Source: Bacillus sp. (in: firmicutes)
GTDB lineage: Bacteria > Bacillota > Bacilli > Bacillales > DSM-1321
Assembly: GCA_051893475.1 (NCBI GenBank)
Contig: JBJFHH010000027.1
Location: 1,526-65,525, forward strand
Direction: 5' to 3'
DNA: 64,000 bases
Shown here: positions 31,946 to 43,217 of the stretch, one piece after another
How positions within the stretch are numbered: position 1 is the stretch's first letter
Layout of the letters: the number at the start of each line of letters is the position of its first letter
The notes under the pieces: generated by a model
Told to the model about the DNA's origin: nothing
Seen by the model: the letters and a program-made list of their open reading frames with translations, nothing else
Databases searched by the model: none
Position numbers and translations under genes: made by a program

Positions 31946-31974
31946 TTGCAATGACCTATTTTTTATGTTACTAT
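31946..31974 (+). promoter_or_regulatory. rplS sigma-A promoter
   Basis: TTGCAA-N17-TACTAT with TG extension. Confidence 0.65.
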
Positions 31975-32007
31975 ACTTTTTGTGGTTCAGAGAGAGTATC
32001 TCACTGA

Positions 32008-32427
<420 letters not shown>

Positions 32428-32481
32428 TTTTTCCGAAACTAACAGCTTAGCTGATTATATTGGAAACAATGAAACACAAAG

Positions 32482-32512
32482 AAAAAGAGCTTGTTTTAAC
32501 AAGCTCTTTTTT
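32482..32512 (+). terminator. Terminator after rplS
   Basis: AAAAAGAGCTTGTT-tt-AACAAGCTCTTTTT. Confidence 0.8.
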
Positions 32513-32642
32513 ACACTTTCAGAAACAAAAAACTAACATTTACATAACGTAAGTTGGATTACAATCATTTGGACTGTTTGTTTGCTATACTAATATAGAC
32601 AGCGGTGAAATAAAAAATATATAGTACGGGCTGGTGAGTTTG

Positions 32643-33197
32643 ATGACTAAAAAGAAAAGCGAACTGTGGGAATGGATTAAGGCGCTTCTGATTGCGGTCG
32701 CATTAGCCGTAATTATTCGCTATTTCCTATTAGCCCCGATTGTAGTGGACGGCTATTCGATGATGCCGACATTGCATGACCAAGATCGCATGATAGTCAA
32801 TAAAATCTCTTATACGTTTAGCGATCCTGAACGTTTTGATATTGTCGTCTTTCATGCCCCCGAGGGAAAAGATTATATTAAACGCATAATCGGTCTGCCT
32901 GGTGATACAGTAGAATATATAGATGATGTTCTTTATATTAACGGCGAGGCGATTGAAGAGCCATATTTGGATGAGTATAAGGAACAAGTATTTGACGGCC
33001 CGTTGACGGACTCTTTTTCATTGACGGACATTCCGGGCGGCCAGGAAGTCGTTCCTGAAGGGTATTTGTTCGTCATGGGCGATAACCGTCGAAATTCAAA
33101 GGACTCAAGACATATCGGATTTGTATCACTGGATAAAGTTGTCGGAAAAACAAGCATTGTATACTGGCCAGTCAGCGATATGCGAATTGTAGAATAA
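32643..33197 (+). CDS. lepB: Signal peptidase I
   Basis: TM helix, GYSMMPTL (catalytic Ser), YIKRIIG (Lys), GDNRRNSKDSR; start could be 32634-32643. Confidence 0.93.
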   Translation: MTKKKSELWEWIKALLIAVALAVIIRYFLLAPIVVDGYSMMPTLHDQDRMIVNKISYTFSDPERFDIVVFHAPEGKDYIKRIIGLPGDTVEYIDDVLYINGEAIEEPYLDEYKEQVFDGPLTDSFSLTDIPGGQEVVPEGYLFVMGDNRRNSKDSRHIGFVSLDKVVGKTSIVYWPVSDMRIVE

Positions 33198-33212
33198 GAA
33201 AGGTGGATACCA

Positions 33213-34073
33213 GTGACAATTCAATGGTTTCCAGGCCATATGGCCAAAGCGAGACGAGAAGTTACAGAAAAACTGAAGCTTGTAGATATTATTTATGAAT
33301 TGGTTGATGCAAGGTTGCCATTATCATCACGAAACCCGATGATTGATGAAATCATTCAGCACAAACCAAGACTAGTACTATTAAATAAAGCGGATATGGC
33401 TGATCCGCAAAAAACAGCCCAATGGCTGGAGTATTTTTCTTCTAAAGGTATTAACGCACTGGCTATTAATTCTCAAGCTGGAGAGGGTCTGAAGCAAATT
33501 GTAGGCACTTCGAAAGTTATTTTAAAAGACAAGCTTGACCGTCTGAAGGCGAAAGGTGTCAAACCGAGAGCAATCCGTGCGATGATTGTCGGAATACCGA
33601 ATGTCGGGAAGTCAACATTCATTAACCGTTTAGCGAAGAAGAATATTGCCAAAACAGGAAATATGCCGGGTGTGACAAAGTCACAGCAATGGATTAAAGT
33701 AGGAAAAGAATTAGAACTGCTCGATACGCCGGGTATACTTTGGCCGAAGTTTGAAGATCAGGAAATAGGCAAACGATTGGCTGCTACAGGGGCGATTAAA
33801 GATACGCTTCTGAATCAGCAGGATTTGGCTGTATTTGTATTACGCTTTTTGGAGGCGGAATATCCGGGTACATTAAAGGAGCGCTTCAAATTAGAAGAAA
33901 TACCTGAAGATCTAGTTGAGTTATTTGATCATATCGGCCGATATCGCGGCGTTTTAGGCAGCGGAGGAAGCATTGATTATGATAAAACGGCTGAGCTGAT
34001 TGTCAGAGAGCTTCGAGCTGTGAAATTAGGCAGATTCACATTTGAATTGCCACCTGAAGAAGAAACTGAGTAA
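33213..34073 (+). CDS. rbgA: Ribosome biogenesis GTPase RbgA (YlqF)
   Basis: [33 protein letters not shown]. Confidence 0.97.
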   Translation: MTIQWFPGHMAKARREVTEKLKLVDIIYELVDARLPLSSRNPMIDEIIQHKPRLVLLNKADMADPQKTAQWLEYFSSKGINALAINSQAGEGLKQIVGTSKVILKDKLDRLKAKGVKPRAIRAMIVGIPNVGKSTFINRLAKKNIAKTGNMPGVTKSQQWIKVGKELELLDTPGILWPKFEDQEIGKRLAATGAIKDTLLNQQDLAVFVLRFLEAEYPGTLKERFKLEEIPEDLVELFDHIGRYRGVLGSGGSIDYDKTAELIVRELRAVKLGRFTFELPPEEETE

Positions 34074-34127
34074 AGCTCCAATTTATGGGGCTTTATTTTT
34101 TTATATAAGTTTCGATTTGTACAAAAA

Positions 34128-34155
34128 CTAATAAATAAAATATTTATGCCGATAA
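34128..34155 (+). promoter_or_regulatory. Sigma-D (FliA-type) promoter upstream of rnhB-ylqG-ylqH
   Basis: CTAAT-N15-GCCGATAA, located after the rbgA terminator (AAAGCTCCA/TGGGGCTTT plus T-tract). Confidence 0.65.
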
Positions 34156-34182
34156 ATAGGGTAGAAAGAGTAGGCTTAAGCA

Positions 34183-34956
34183 ATGGAAAAGAAATTAAGC
34201 ATTAATGAAATAAAAGAAAAATTACAGAACGTCCAAGATGAAAATGACGCATTTTTTCAAGCGTGTGCTAGCGATGAGCGCAAAGGTGTTCAGCAGGCCG
34301 TAAAAGCATGGAAAAGAGCTTATGACAAAAAGCTGCAACTTGAGCAGAAATGGATGCATATGAATAAATATGAAAACGAACTGCTTCAGCAAGGCTATGC
34401 ACATATTGTTGGCATAGACGAGGTAGGAAGAGGGCCATTAGCGGGGCCGGTTGTTGCGGCAGCAGTGATTCTTCCGCGAGAAATTACTTTGCTTGGTCTT
34501 GACGACTCAAAGAAAATGAGTGATTCACAAAAAGAGCTTATGTATGAGCAAATTATGGCTTCTGCGATTGCAGTTGGAGTCGGGATTGTTTCAAATGAAA
34601 CCATTGATGAAATTAATATTTATGAAGCGACAAAAGTTGCGATGATGGAGGCGGTGAAACAATTGCCTGTGGCGCCGGAGTACGCACTTATAGACGCGAT
34701 GAAGCTGCCGCTTACTATTCCGCAGCAATCCATTATTAAAGGCGATGCAAACAGCGTTTCAATTGCTGCTGCTTCTGTTATTGCGAAGGTAACGCGTGAC
34801 CGCTTAATGAAGGATTACGATGAAAAGTATCCGCAGTACGGCTTTAAAAACAATATGGGCTACGGCACGAAGGAGCATCTCGAAGCTCTTTCTGAATACG
34901 GCATTACGCCATGGCATCGAATGAGTTTCGCGCCGGTTAAGGAATTAGCAAAATAA
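34183..34956 (+). CDS. rnhB: Ribonuclease HII
   Basis: GIDEVGRGPLAGPV, DSKK, SIAAASVIAKVTRD, GYGT. Confidence 0.97.
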   Translation: MEKKLSINEIKEKLQNVQDENDAFFQACASDERKGVQQAVKAWKRAYDKKLQLEQKWMHMNKYENELLQQGYAHIVGIDEVGRGPLAGPVVAAAVILPREITLLGLDDSKKMSDSQKELMYEQIMASAIAVGVGIVSNETIDEINIYEATKVAMMEAVKQLPVAPEYALIDAMKLPLTIPQQSIIKGDANSVSIAAASVIAKVTRDRLMKDYDEKYPQYGFKNNMGYGTKEHLEALSEYGITPWHRMSFAPVKELAK

Positions 34957-35001
34957 GAGAGGTAAAATTATTTCAAAATAACAAAAGGAGGGGAGAATTA
35001 G

Positions 35002-36915
35002 ATGCAGACTGCAAGCGTAGCATCAAGTATGATTCCGCAGCAAACCGCTCAAAATCCAAATGAATTGAAAAACGGTCAAATGATTTATGGTAAGGTATTA
35101 AAAATACATAGTAATCAAACGGCTGAAATCAGCATCGGGCAAAATAAAGTAACAGCTTTATTAGATGCGCCGATTGCTCTCGGAGAGCGTTATTGGTTTC
35201 AAGTGCAAACAACCGGAGAACAAACCATGCTGAAAGTAATGCCAGCCAATGGTAGCAATCAAAGTTTGAAAGAAATGTCGTTACAGCTGCTGCAGCATTT
35301 CTCGCTTCCGCAATCTAAGGAATCTTTATCTCTTGCGCTTTTTTTAGTGGAAAATCAATTGCCGTTTTCAAAAGAGCAATTTATACAATCTTTGCAATGG
35401 CTGACAAGCAGCGGCAATCAAGCCAATCATATGCCGCTCTTGAAAATAATGCATAATTTTTCTTTGCCGTTCAGCGAATATGTTTTTCGCTCCTTGGCTT
35501 CATTTCATAATGAAGTGCCATTGCAACAGTTGTTTAAAGGCTTAAATAGTTTGCTTTCGGCTCCCGGAAGTGAAACAGAGGCATCTGTTAAGGCTCTGCT
35601 AGCACAATTGTTGACGACGGATGCAGAAAAGCTTGGAGAAAGAGGCCTTCAAAAACTCATCATCAGCTGGTTGACAGCTGATGGCTCGCAAAAAGAACAG
35701 ATAAGTTCTATATTGAGAAACGTCGGTTTTTTGCCGAAAGATGAAAGCTTCTTTTTACAGCAGGTAATGAAACAGATTGGCGACAGTCCTATACTCATTC
35801 AAAATCCGCTGATTAAACAGGTAATTTCAACGCTACATCAGCTGCAGGGAAATACCGCCGTGCCGAATATTGCACAATTAAACAAATCGATTCAATCCTC
35901 TCCGTCGACCGGTGATTCGGTATTGTGGAATCATCTTCAAAAAGCAGTCGAGAATTTTTCCGGATTAGCCGTCAGTACGACAGGGAAATCAGCAGCTAAT
36001 GAGAGTTCCTTGCAAACAGCTTATCGACAGCTGGCAAGGGCGATTATCGCACATGCAGGCTCTGAAAACAGCAGTAGTCATTTACAGCTAAACCGTTTTA
36101 TGCAACTGATGCACCAAGCGGGACAGCAAACAGTGAGCTTTGAACAGAGTAGAGCGAATATGGCTGTTATGCTCGGACAAGTGGCAGAAGGAGAACTGCT
36201 GCAGCCATTAAGTAGAGAAGCTAATCTGCTGATGCAACAGATGCTTCATTCAGAAATTAATGATTTTTCTGTTCCTAAATCTTCCATGATTGCAAATGAA
36301 ATTAGGAAGCTGATTAAGCAATTTGGATTAGGGTTTGAGCATTTTTTGGCGAATGCTGATAAAGGAACAGCCATTAAGGAAGCGGACTTGATGACGTTAA
36401 AGCCATTGCTTATGCAGCTGATCAATGAAACACAGCAGCTTGCTGTCAAAGAACAAGCGGAGCAGCTGCTACATAAAATTACAGCACAGCAAATATTGTC
36501 GCAATCTTCAGGTCCTTTGCAGCATTTCATCACACAAATTCCGATGTCCTTTCATGGGTTTTATACAGAAGCGACGATGCAATGGAGCGGAAGGAAGGAT
36601 GAGAATGATCAGATTGATCCTTCTTTTTGCCGTGTTCTGTTTTATTTGCAGCTGAATAATATTCGAGAAACAATTGTCGATATGGTTGTGCAAAATCGCA
36701 TATTAAAAGTGACGATCATTAATGAACATTACAAAGAACTAAAAGTAAGTGCAGGGCCGTTAATCGAGCAAGCAAAAGATAATTTGGCTAAATTGGGTTA
36801 TCAAGTATCAGGTTTCAGGTTTATTCCTCCTTCCGGGTACGGCGCGGCGGTTAAATCTAAAACAGAAGTATTTGATAAAGCTGCTCCTTACTCTGGATTG
36901 GATATAAAAATATGA
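35002..36915 (+). CDS. ylqG: YlqG-like protein; Q/S-rich, with a FliK-C-like C-terminal domain
   Basis: Synteny rnhB-ylqG-ylqH; C-terminal QWSG..IDP.FCRVLFYL.L..I.ETIVDM.VQNRI. Confidence 0.75.
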   Translation: MQTASVASSMIPQQTAQNPNELKNGQMIYGKVLKIHSNQTAEISIGQNKVTALLDAPIALGERYWFQVQTTGEQTMLKVMPANGSNQSLKEMSLQLLQHFSLPQSKESLSLALFLVENQLPFSKEQFIQSLQWLTSSGNQANHMPLLKIMHNFSLPFSEYVFRSLASFHNEVPLQQLFKGLNSLLSAPGSETEASVKALLAQLLTTDAEKLGERGLQKLIISWLTADGSQKEQISSILRNVGFLPKDESFFLQQVMKQIGDSPILIQNPLIKQVISTLHQLQGNTAVPNIAQLNKSIQSSPSTGDSVLWNHLQKAVENFSGLAVSTTGKSAANESSLQTAYRQLARAIIAHAGSENSSSHLQLNRFMQLMHQAGQQTVSFEQSRANMAVMLGQVAEGELLQPLSREANLLMQQMLHSEINDFSVPKSSMIANEIRKLIKQFGLGFEHFLANADKGTAIKEADLMTLKPLLMQLINETQQLAVKEQAEQLLHKITAQQILSQSSGPLQHFITQIPMSFHGFYTEATMQWSGRKDENDQIDPSFCRVLFYLQLNNIRETIVDMVVQNRILKVTIINEHYKELKVSAGPLIEQAKDNLAKLGYQVSGFRFIPPSGYGAAVKSKTEVFDKAAPYSGLDIKI

Positions 36916-37199
36916 ACGAGAAACGACTGGAAGCTATCGCTTTAAAATATGACAGAAACGGCAATGACGTACCTAAGGTTATCGGAAAGGGAAAAGGGAA
37001 GATTGCACAATCTATCTTGGAAGCGGCGAGAGAAAATAACGTGCCGATTCAAGAGGATCCTTCATTAACAGAGCTGTTGGGGAAGTTAAATATCGATGAA
37101 TCGATTCCGCATGAATTATATGAAGCGGTGGCAGAAATATTCGCTCTCGTCTATCAGCTTGATAAAAAGGCAGGAATAAACAAGAAGGGCTCTAGGTAA
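36912..37199 (+). CDS. ylqH: Stand-alone FlhB C-terminal (EscU/YscU-like) domain protein YlqH
   Basis: AIALKYD...PKVIGKG.G.IA..I...A.E..VPI.ED..L...IP.ELYEAVAEI. Confidence 0.9.
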   Translation: MNEKRLEAIALKYDRNGNDVPKVIGKGKGKIAQSILEAARENNVPIQEDPSLTELLGKLNIDESIPHELYEAVAEIFALVYQLDKKAGINKKGSR

Positions 37200-37218
37200 T
37201 AGGGCTTTTCTTGTTTTT
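37179..37218 (+). terminator. Terminator after ylqH
   Basis: AACAAGAAGGGCTCTA/TAGGGCTTTTCTTGTT followed by TTT. Confidence 0.65.
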
Positions 37219-37340
37219 AAAAATAAAATTATGATTAAAGCAGAAAATTTTTCTTTTGAGGCAGAATATTTGCAAATGGATGATGATAGGAATTAAGATG
37301 TGTTTAGAAATTATGTTTTGGATTATTTTAACATAAATGC

Positions 37341-37383
37341 TAGACAAGTAAATTTAAGTTATATACAATAAAATCGCAATCTA
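37341..37383 (+). promoter_or_regulatory. sucCD sigma-A promoter with cre-like site
   Basis: TAGACA-N17-TACAAT followed by TAAAATCGCAATCTA (degenerate cre). Confidence 0.55.
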
Positions 37384-37463
37384 TAAAATAATGCACATAA
37401 TTTTCTAAAGCAGCTGTGTGAATGCAGGTTTTCCTAATTTGGACTATTGATAGGAGGATGTAC

Positions 37464-38624
37464 ATGAATATCCATGAGTATCAAGGTAAAGAGGTCCTCA
37501 GAAAATATGGCGTTGCTGTGCCGAACGGCAAAGTAGCCTTTTCTGTGGAAGAAGCAGTGGAAGCAGCCAAGGAATTGGGCACACAGGTATGTGTGGTTAA
37601 AGCACAGATTCATGCAGGCGGACGAGGGAAAGCAGGCGGCGTAAAAGTCGCAAAAAATCTTGAGGAAGTACGTACATATGCGAGTGAGATTTTAGGCAAA
37701 ACTCTAGTGACGCATCAAACCGGCCCTGAAGGAAAAGAAGTAAAGCGTCTGCTTATTGAAGAAGGTTGTGACATCAAAAAAGAATACTACATCGGTTTAG
37801 TTCTAGACCGCGCTACTTCAAGAGTTGTGTTAATGGCATCTGAAGAAGGTGGCACAGAAATTGAAGAAGTAGCGGCAGAAACCCCAGAGAAAATCTTCAA
37901 AGAAATCATTGATCCGGTTGTCGGTCTCACAGGCTATCAAGCGAGAAGAATTGCATTCAATATTAATATTCCGAAAGAATTAATAGGACAGGCTGTAAAA
38001 TTTATGATAGGTCTGTACACAGCGTTTATTGAAAAGGATTGCTCAATCGCAGAGATTAATCCGTTGGTCGTTACAGGCGACGGTAAAGTAATGGCATTGG
38101 ATGCTAAGCTCAATTTCGACTCAAACGCACTATATCGCCAAAAAGACATCGTTGCTTACCGTGATTTGGACGAGGAGGATGCTAAGGAGATCGAAGCCTC
38201 TAAATACGATTTAAGCTATATTTCACTGGACGGAAACATTGGCTGTATGGTGAATGGTGCCGGTCTTGCAATGGCAACAATGGATATCATTAAGCATTAT
38301 GGCGGAGATCCGGCCAATTTCTTGGATGTTGGCGGCGGAGCCACTGCAGAAAAAGTTACAGAAGCTTTTAAAATCATTCTTTCTGATCAACATGTAAAAG
38401 GTATATTTGTCAATATTTTTGGTGGCATTATGAAATGTGATGTTATCGCAACCGGTGTGGTCGAAGCGGCCATGCAGGTCGGGTTAACTGTACCGCTTGT
38501 TGTGCGCCTTGAAGGCACGAATGTGGAATTAGGTAAACAAATTTTGAAAAATTCAGGTATCAATATTACAGCGGCAGAATCAATGGCGGATGGAGCTCAG
38601 AAAATCGTTTCACTAGTCAGTTAA
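37464..38624 (+). CDS. sucC: Succinyl-CoA synthetase beta subunit
   Basis: [48 protein letters not shown]. Confidence 0.98.
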   Translation: MNIHEYQGKEVLRKYGVAVPNGKVAFSVEEAVEAAKELGTQVCVVKAQIHAGGRGKAGGVKVAKNLEEVRTYASEILGKTLVTHQTGPEGKEVKRLLIEEGCDIKKEYYIGLVLDRATSRVVLMASEEGGTEIEEVAAETPEKIFKEIIDPVVGLTGYQARRIAFNINIPKELIGQAVKFMIGLYTAFIEKDCSIAEINPLVVTGDGKVMALDAKLNFDSNALYRQKDIVAYRDLDEEDAKEIEASKYDLSYISLDGNIGCMVNGAGLAMATMDIIKHYGGDPANFLDVGGGATAEKVTEAFKIILSDQHVKGIFVNIFGGIMKCDVIATGVVEAAMQVGLTVPLVVRLEGTNVELGKQILKNSGINITAAESMADGAQKIVSLVS

Positions 38625-38641
38625 GAAGCGGAGGGGAACTT

Positions 38642-39544
38642 ATGAGTGTATTTATAAATAAGGATACGAAAGTTATCGTACAAGGAATTACAGGCTCAAC
38701 AGCGCTATTTCACACAAAGCAAATGCTGGAGTACGGAACGAAGATTGTTGCGGGTGTTACACCTGGAAAAGGCGGAACAGAAGCAGAAGGAGTTCCGGTT
38801 TTCGATACGGTAAGCGACGCGGTCAGAGCGACTGGCGCAACTGCATCCGTTATTTATGTACCGGCGCCATTTGCTGCTGATGCTATTTTGGAAGCGGTTG
38901 ATGCTGAATTAGATTTGGCTATTTGTATTACAGAGCATATCCCAGTACTTGATATGGTGAAGGTTAAGCGTTATATGGAAGGCAAGAAGACACGTTTGAT
39001 TGGTCCCAACTGTCCGGGTGTTATTACCGCTGACGAATGTAAAATCGGTATTATGCCGGGCTATATACATACAAAGGGACATGTAGGTGTCGTCTCCCGT
39101 TCCGGTACATTAACATATGAAGCTGTACATCAATTGACGCAAGCTGGCATCGGTCAAACAACAGCTGTCGGGATTGGCGGAGATCCGGTAAATGGAACGG
39201 ATTTTATTGATGTTCTGAAAGCGTTTAATGAGGATGCTGATACACATGCTGTTATCATGATTGGAGAAATTGGCGGAACAGCTGAAGAAGAAGCGGCTCT
39301 ATGGGTAAAAGCGCATATGACGAAGCCTGTCGTTGGTTTTATCGGCGGTCGTACAGCACCTCCAGGCAAGCGTATGGGGCATGCCGGTGCGATTATTTCC
39401 GGTGGAAAAGGAACAGCGGATGAGAAAATCCGCATTATGAATGAGTGCGGAATAAAAGTTGCCGAAACACCTTCAGTGATGGGTGAAACGCTTATAACTG
39501 CATTGAAAGAACATGGTTTATATGAAACTTGTAAAACCTCTTAA
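38642..39544 (+). CDS. sucD: Succinyl-CoA synthetase alpha subunit
   Basis: [27 protein letters not shown] (phospho-His). Confidence 0.98.
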   Translation: MSVFINKDTKVIVQGITGSTALFHTKQMLEYGTKIVAGVTPGKGGTEAEGVPVFDTVSDAVRATGATASVIYVPAPFAADAILEAVDAELDLAICITEHIPVLDMVKVKRYMEGKKTRLIGPNCPGVITADECKIGIMPGYIHTKGHVGVVSRSGTLTYEAVHQLTQAGIGQTTAVGIGGDPVNGTDFIDVLKAFNEDADTHAVIMIGEIGGTAEEEAALWVKAHMTKPVVGFIGGRTAPPGKRMGHAGAIISGGKGTADEKIRIMNECGIKVAETPSVMGETLITALKEHGLYETCKTS

Positions 39545-39558
39545 ATAGCAAATATTCA

Positions 39559-39594
39559 ATAGAAAGCCTGATTTTCAAAAAGCAGGCTTTCTAT
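39559..39594 (+). terminator. Terminator after sucD
   Basis: ATAGAAAGCCTG ... CAGGCTTTCTAT 12-bp stem. Confidence 0.7.
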
Positions 39595-39630
39595 GCTATT
39601 TTCAATTCTGTGCAAATGGAGGCTTGAACA

Positions 39631-40521
39631 ATGGATGAGTTTAGAAAAAGACTGATACTTTTGCACCACTGCCGTGGAATCGGCTGGAAAACGATTTTTT
39701 TGATTTTAAAAGAAAACCCTCTTCTTGCCGGGTTATTTCGCAAAGAGTTGCATGAATGGCGAGTACAATTTCCTCAATTAAAGCCTAATCAACTTTCCCT
39801 CTTTTATCACGACCTTCATTCTATCGATATTTCTCAAAAAATAAAACAGTATGAAGAAAATGATGTCCTGGTTTTAACGTATTTTGATGAATTTTATCCG
39901 GAGAGACTCAAGCATATTTACAATCCGCCATGGGTGATTTTTGCTAAAGGGAGATTAAATGTGCTGCAAGAACGTGCACTGGCGGTAGTTGGCATGAGAC
40001 AAGCGACGTTGTACGGCCAAGAGGCGATTGAAAGGCTATTGCCTCCGCTTATTGAGAAGGGTATCTGTATAATCAGCGGGCTTGCTTCCGGTATCGATAC
40101 ACTTGCTCATCGTGCAGCAGTCGAGCGTGAAGGCTCAACTATTGCCGTTTTAGGAGGAGGACTATTTCACATTTATCCGAGAGACAATACAGCGTTAGCT
40201 TTGAAAATGATGAAAGAACAACTCATCTTGTCTGAGTTCCCTCCGTTTATGAAGCCAGAGCGCTGGATGTTTCCGATGCGAAATCGGTTGATCAGCGGTC
40301 TTAGCGACGGTGTCTTAGTTGTAGAGGCGAAGATGAAGAGCGGCTCATTAATAACAGCTCAGCATGCATTAGAGCAAGGAAAAGATGTATTTGCTGTACC
40401 TGGAAAAATTACAGATCAATCTTCAGACGGAACAAACCTCCTTATTCAAGAAGGGGCCAAGCTTGTGTTGCATTATGAAGATATAGTATCAGAAATGAAT
40501 TATTCTGTTCATAACTGCTGA
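39631..40521 (+). CDS. dprA: DNA-processing protein DprA (Smf)
   Basis: ISGLASGID..AH, FPMRNRLISGLS, SGSLITA, VFAVPG. Confidence 0.95.
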   Translation: MDEFRKRLILLHHCRGIGWKTIFLILKENPLLAGLFRKELHEWRVQFPQLKPNQLSLFYHDLHSIDISQKIKQYEENDVLVLTYFDEFYPERLKHIYNPPWVIFAKGRLNVLQERALAVVGMRQATLYGQEAIERLLPPLIEKGICIISGLASGIDTLAHRAAVEREGSTIAVLGGGLFHIYPRDNTALALKMMKEQLILSEFPPFMKPERWMFPMRNRLISGLSDGVLVVEAKMKSGSLITAQHALEQGKDVFAVPGKITDQSSDGTNLLIQEGAKLVLHYEDIVSEMNYSVHNC

Positions 40522-40526
40522 ATTAT

Positions 40527-40556
40527 CTCCCGCTGACTTTCGATGCGGGAGTTTTT
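40527..40556 (+). terminator. Terminator after dprA
   Basis: CTCCCGC...GCGGGAG followed by TTTTT. Confidence 0.75.
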
Positions 40557-40891
40557 AATGGCTGCAAAAAGTCATATAAATAGAGCCGGATATGAAATTT
40601 ATAAGAAAATTACAAGAAAAATCTCCGAAATAGGTTGAAATATAGTTGAATATATTATAAATTGAGCATCAAGCGCATTTATTTATGTAATCGCTTTACA
40701 AACAGTGCTTATATAAATGCAATCATAATAGATTGTAAATAATCAACAATAGCGTATTGCGGTGCAGTAATAAATGAAAAAATTCAAAAATCTGATTTTA
40801 AAATGATAGCAAAAAATGTTAATATTGACAAAACGATTATTTCTATTAATAATAATGAAGATTTATAATAACCTCTTAAGGAGGATTTTGC

Positions 40892-42967
40892 ATGTCAGAA
40901 TACCTTGTCATTGTGGAATCACCAGCCAAGGCGAAAACAATAGAAAAATACCTTGGGAAAAAATATAAAGTAAAAGCTTCAATGGGACACGTTCGGGATT
41001 TACCGAAAAGCCAAATGGGCGTTGATATAGAGCATGACTTTGAACCGAAATATATTACGATTCGCGGTAAAGGTCCTGTTTTGAAAGATTTGAAATCAGC
41101 AGCTAAAAAAGCAAAAAAAATCTATCTCGCAGCCGATCCCGACAGAGAAGGGGAAGCGATTGCGTGGCACTTAGCCAATTCACTAGATTTAGATGTTAAT
41201 TCTGATTGCCGGGTTGTATTTAATGAGATTACGAAGGATGCTATTAAAGAATCATTTAAGCACCCGAGACCGGTCAATAAAGACCTTGTCGATGCGCAAC
41301 AAGCACGACGTATACTGGACCGCCTGGTAGGCTATAATATCAGTCCGATTCTTTGGAAGAAAGTAAAAAAAGGATTAAGTGCGGGACGGGTACAGTCCGT
41401 AGCTGTTCGTCTTATTATTGAAAGAGAAAAAGAAATTCAAAAATTCATTCCGGAAGAATATTGGACAATCGGAGCAGGATTCTTGAAGGGCAATAATGGT
41501 TTTGATGGATCATTTTTCAGTGCAGACGGCAAGAAAACTGATTTGCATTCATCCGAGGAAGTCGAACAAGTTGTTAAACGTATAACAGGCAACGAATTTA
41601 CCGTCAGCAATGTAACGAAAAAAGAAAGAAAAAGAAATGCGGCCTTGCCGTTCATTACGTCATCACTGCAACAGGAAGCGGCTCGCAAATTGAATTTCCG
41701 CGCAAAGAAAACGATGATGCTGGCACAGCAACTGTATGAGGGAATTGATTTAGGCAAAGAAGGAACAGTCGGTTTAATTACTTATATGAGAACCGATTCG
41801 ACAAGAATATCGGACATTGCTTCTGCTGAATGTGCTCAGTATATTGAAGAGCATTACGGCAATGAATACTTGCTTAAGGAGAAACGAAAAGAGAAGAAGC
41901 AAGGGAAGACGCAAGATGCGCATGAAGCGATTCGTCCTACAAGCACATTCAAAGATCCTGCATCTGTGAAAGAGTTTTTATCGCGCGATCAGCATCGCTT
42001 GTACAAGTTGATTTGGGAGCGTTTCGTTGCCAGCCAAATGGCTCCGGCAATTTTGGATACGATGAGTGTCGATTTATTGAATAACGGCATTGTTTTCAGA
42101 GCTAACGGATCGAAAGTGAAATTCCCTGGATTTATGAAAGTGTATGTTGAGGGAACAGATGATAATGTTGAAGAAAAAGATAATATTCTTCCTGATTTAG
42201 TTGAAGGGGATGTCGTTTTTTCAAAGGATATCGAGCCGAAGCAGCATTTCACGCAGCCGCCTCCGCGATATACGGAAGCAAGGCTTGTTAAGACGCTTGA
42301 AGAGCTCGGAATAGGAAGACCATCTACATATGCACCGACGTTGGATACGATTCAAAAACGCGGCTATGTAACGCTTGATAACAAGCGATTCGTTCCGACA
42401 GAGCTTGGAGAAATCGTTGATGAATCCATGTATGAATTCTTCCCTGACGTTGTAAATGTGGAATTTACGGCTAAGATGGAAGAGGAATTCGATAATATTG
42501 AAGCCGGCACAGTCAAATGGCGCAGTGTTATCAAAGATTTTTATAAAGATTTTGAAGTGGATTTGAAAAAAGCTGAAGCGGAAATGGAAAAAATCGAAAT
42601 AAAGGACGAGCCGGCAGGAGAGGATTGCGAGCTGTGCGGAAGTCCGATGGTTTACAAAATGGGCCGATATGGCAAATTTATGGCTTGCAGTAATTTCCCG
42701 GATTGCCGAAATACGAAGGCGATTGTGAAAGGAACTGGCGTACCATGTCCGAAATGTCATAAAGGCGAAATTATCGAGAGAAAGAGCAAGAAGAAGCGTA
42801 TTTTTTATGGTTGTAACTTATATCCGGAATGTGACTTTATTTCATGGGATAAGCCAATTGCCAGAACATGTCCGAAATGTGAAGGACTTCTTGTTGAGAA
42901 GAAGCTTAAGAAGGGCATTCAAGTACAATGTGTACAATGTGATTATAAAGAAAGCCAGCAAAAGTAG
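40892..42967 (+). CDS. topA: DNA topoisomerase I
   Basis: [32 protein letters not shown]-terminal C4 zinc ribbons. Confidence 0.98.
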   Translation: MSEYLVIVESPAKAKTIEKYLGKKYKVKASMGHVRDLPKSQMGVDIEHDFEPKYITIRGKGPVLKDLKSAAKKAKKIYLAADPDREGEAIAWHLANSLDLDVNSDCRVVFNEITKDAIKESFKHPRPVNKDLVDAQQARRILDRLVGYNISPILWKKVKKGLSAGRVQSVAVRLIIEREKEIQKFIPEEYWTIGAGFLKGNNGFDGSFFSADGKKTDLHSSEEVEQVVKRITGNEFTVSNVTKKERKRNAALPFITSSLQQEAARKLNFRAKKTMMLAQQLYEGIDLGKEGTVGLITYMRTDSTRISDIASAECAQYIEEHYGNEYLLKEKRKEKKQGKTQDAHEAIRPTSTFKDPASVKEFLSRDQHRLYKLIWERFVASQMAPAILDTMSVDLLNNGIVFRANGSKVKFPGFMKVYVEGTDDNVEEKDNILPDLVEGDVVFSKDIEPKQHFTQPPPRYTEARLVKTLEELGIGRPSTYAPTLDTIQKRGYVTLDNKRFVPTELGEIVDESMYEFFPDVVNVEFTAKMEEEFDNIEAGTVKWRSVIKDFYKDFEVDLKKAEAEMEKIEIKDEPAGEDCELCGSPMVYKMGRYGKFMACSNFPDCRNTKAIVKGTGVPCPKCHKGEIIERKSKKKRIFYGCNLYPECDFISWDKPIARTCPKCEGLLVEKKLKKGIQVQCVQCDYKESQQK

Positions 42968-42992
42968 GTGGGAAATCACCTACTTTTGTTTT
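42960..42992 (+). terminator. Terminator after topA
   Basis: AAAAGTAGGTG...CACCTACTTTT followed by GTTTT. Confidence 0.75.
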
Positions 42993-43094
42993 GTGAAAAA
43001 TGGAAAACGTAAGCAAATATAATTAACAGTATTATTTAAATGAAAGAAATTGTTAAATTGGAAATAAAAATTAAAAATGTTTGTGAAATGTATA

Positions 43095-43153
43095 TGGACA
43101 AAACCTGAATATTAACGTTATAATGGCTCTTTGTTAAGGTATGTTACTTAACA
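43095..43153 (+). promoter_or_regulatory. trmFO promoter with perfect palindromic box near +1
   Basis: TGGACA-N18-TATAAT(43119); TGTTAAG-N8-CTTAACA at 43132-43153. Confidence 0.65.
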
Positions 43154-43217
43154 CAAATAACTATTGAGATGATGATGCTATAACTAACGTATTATTTCTT
43201 CATTCGGAGGTAAAACA

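Noticed and set aside
39559-39594. ComK AT-boxes upstream of dprA
   Set aside because: The AAAA-N5-TTTT matches are imperfect and coincide with the sucD terminator stem.
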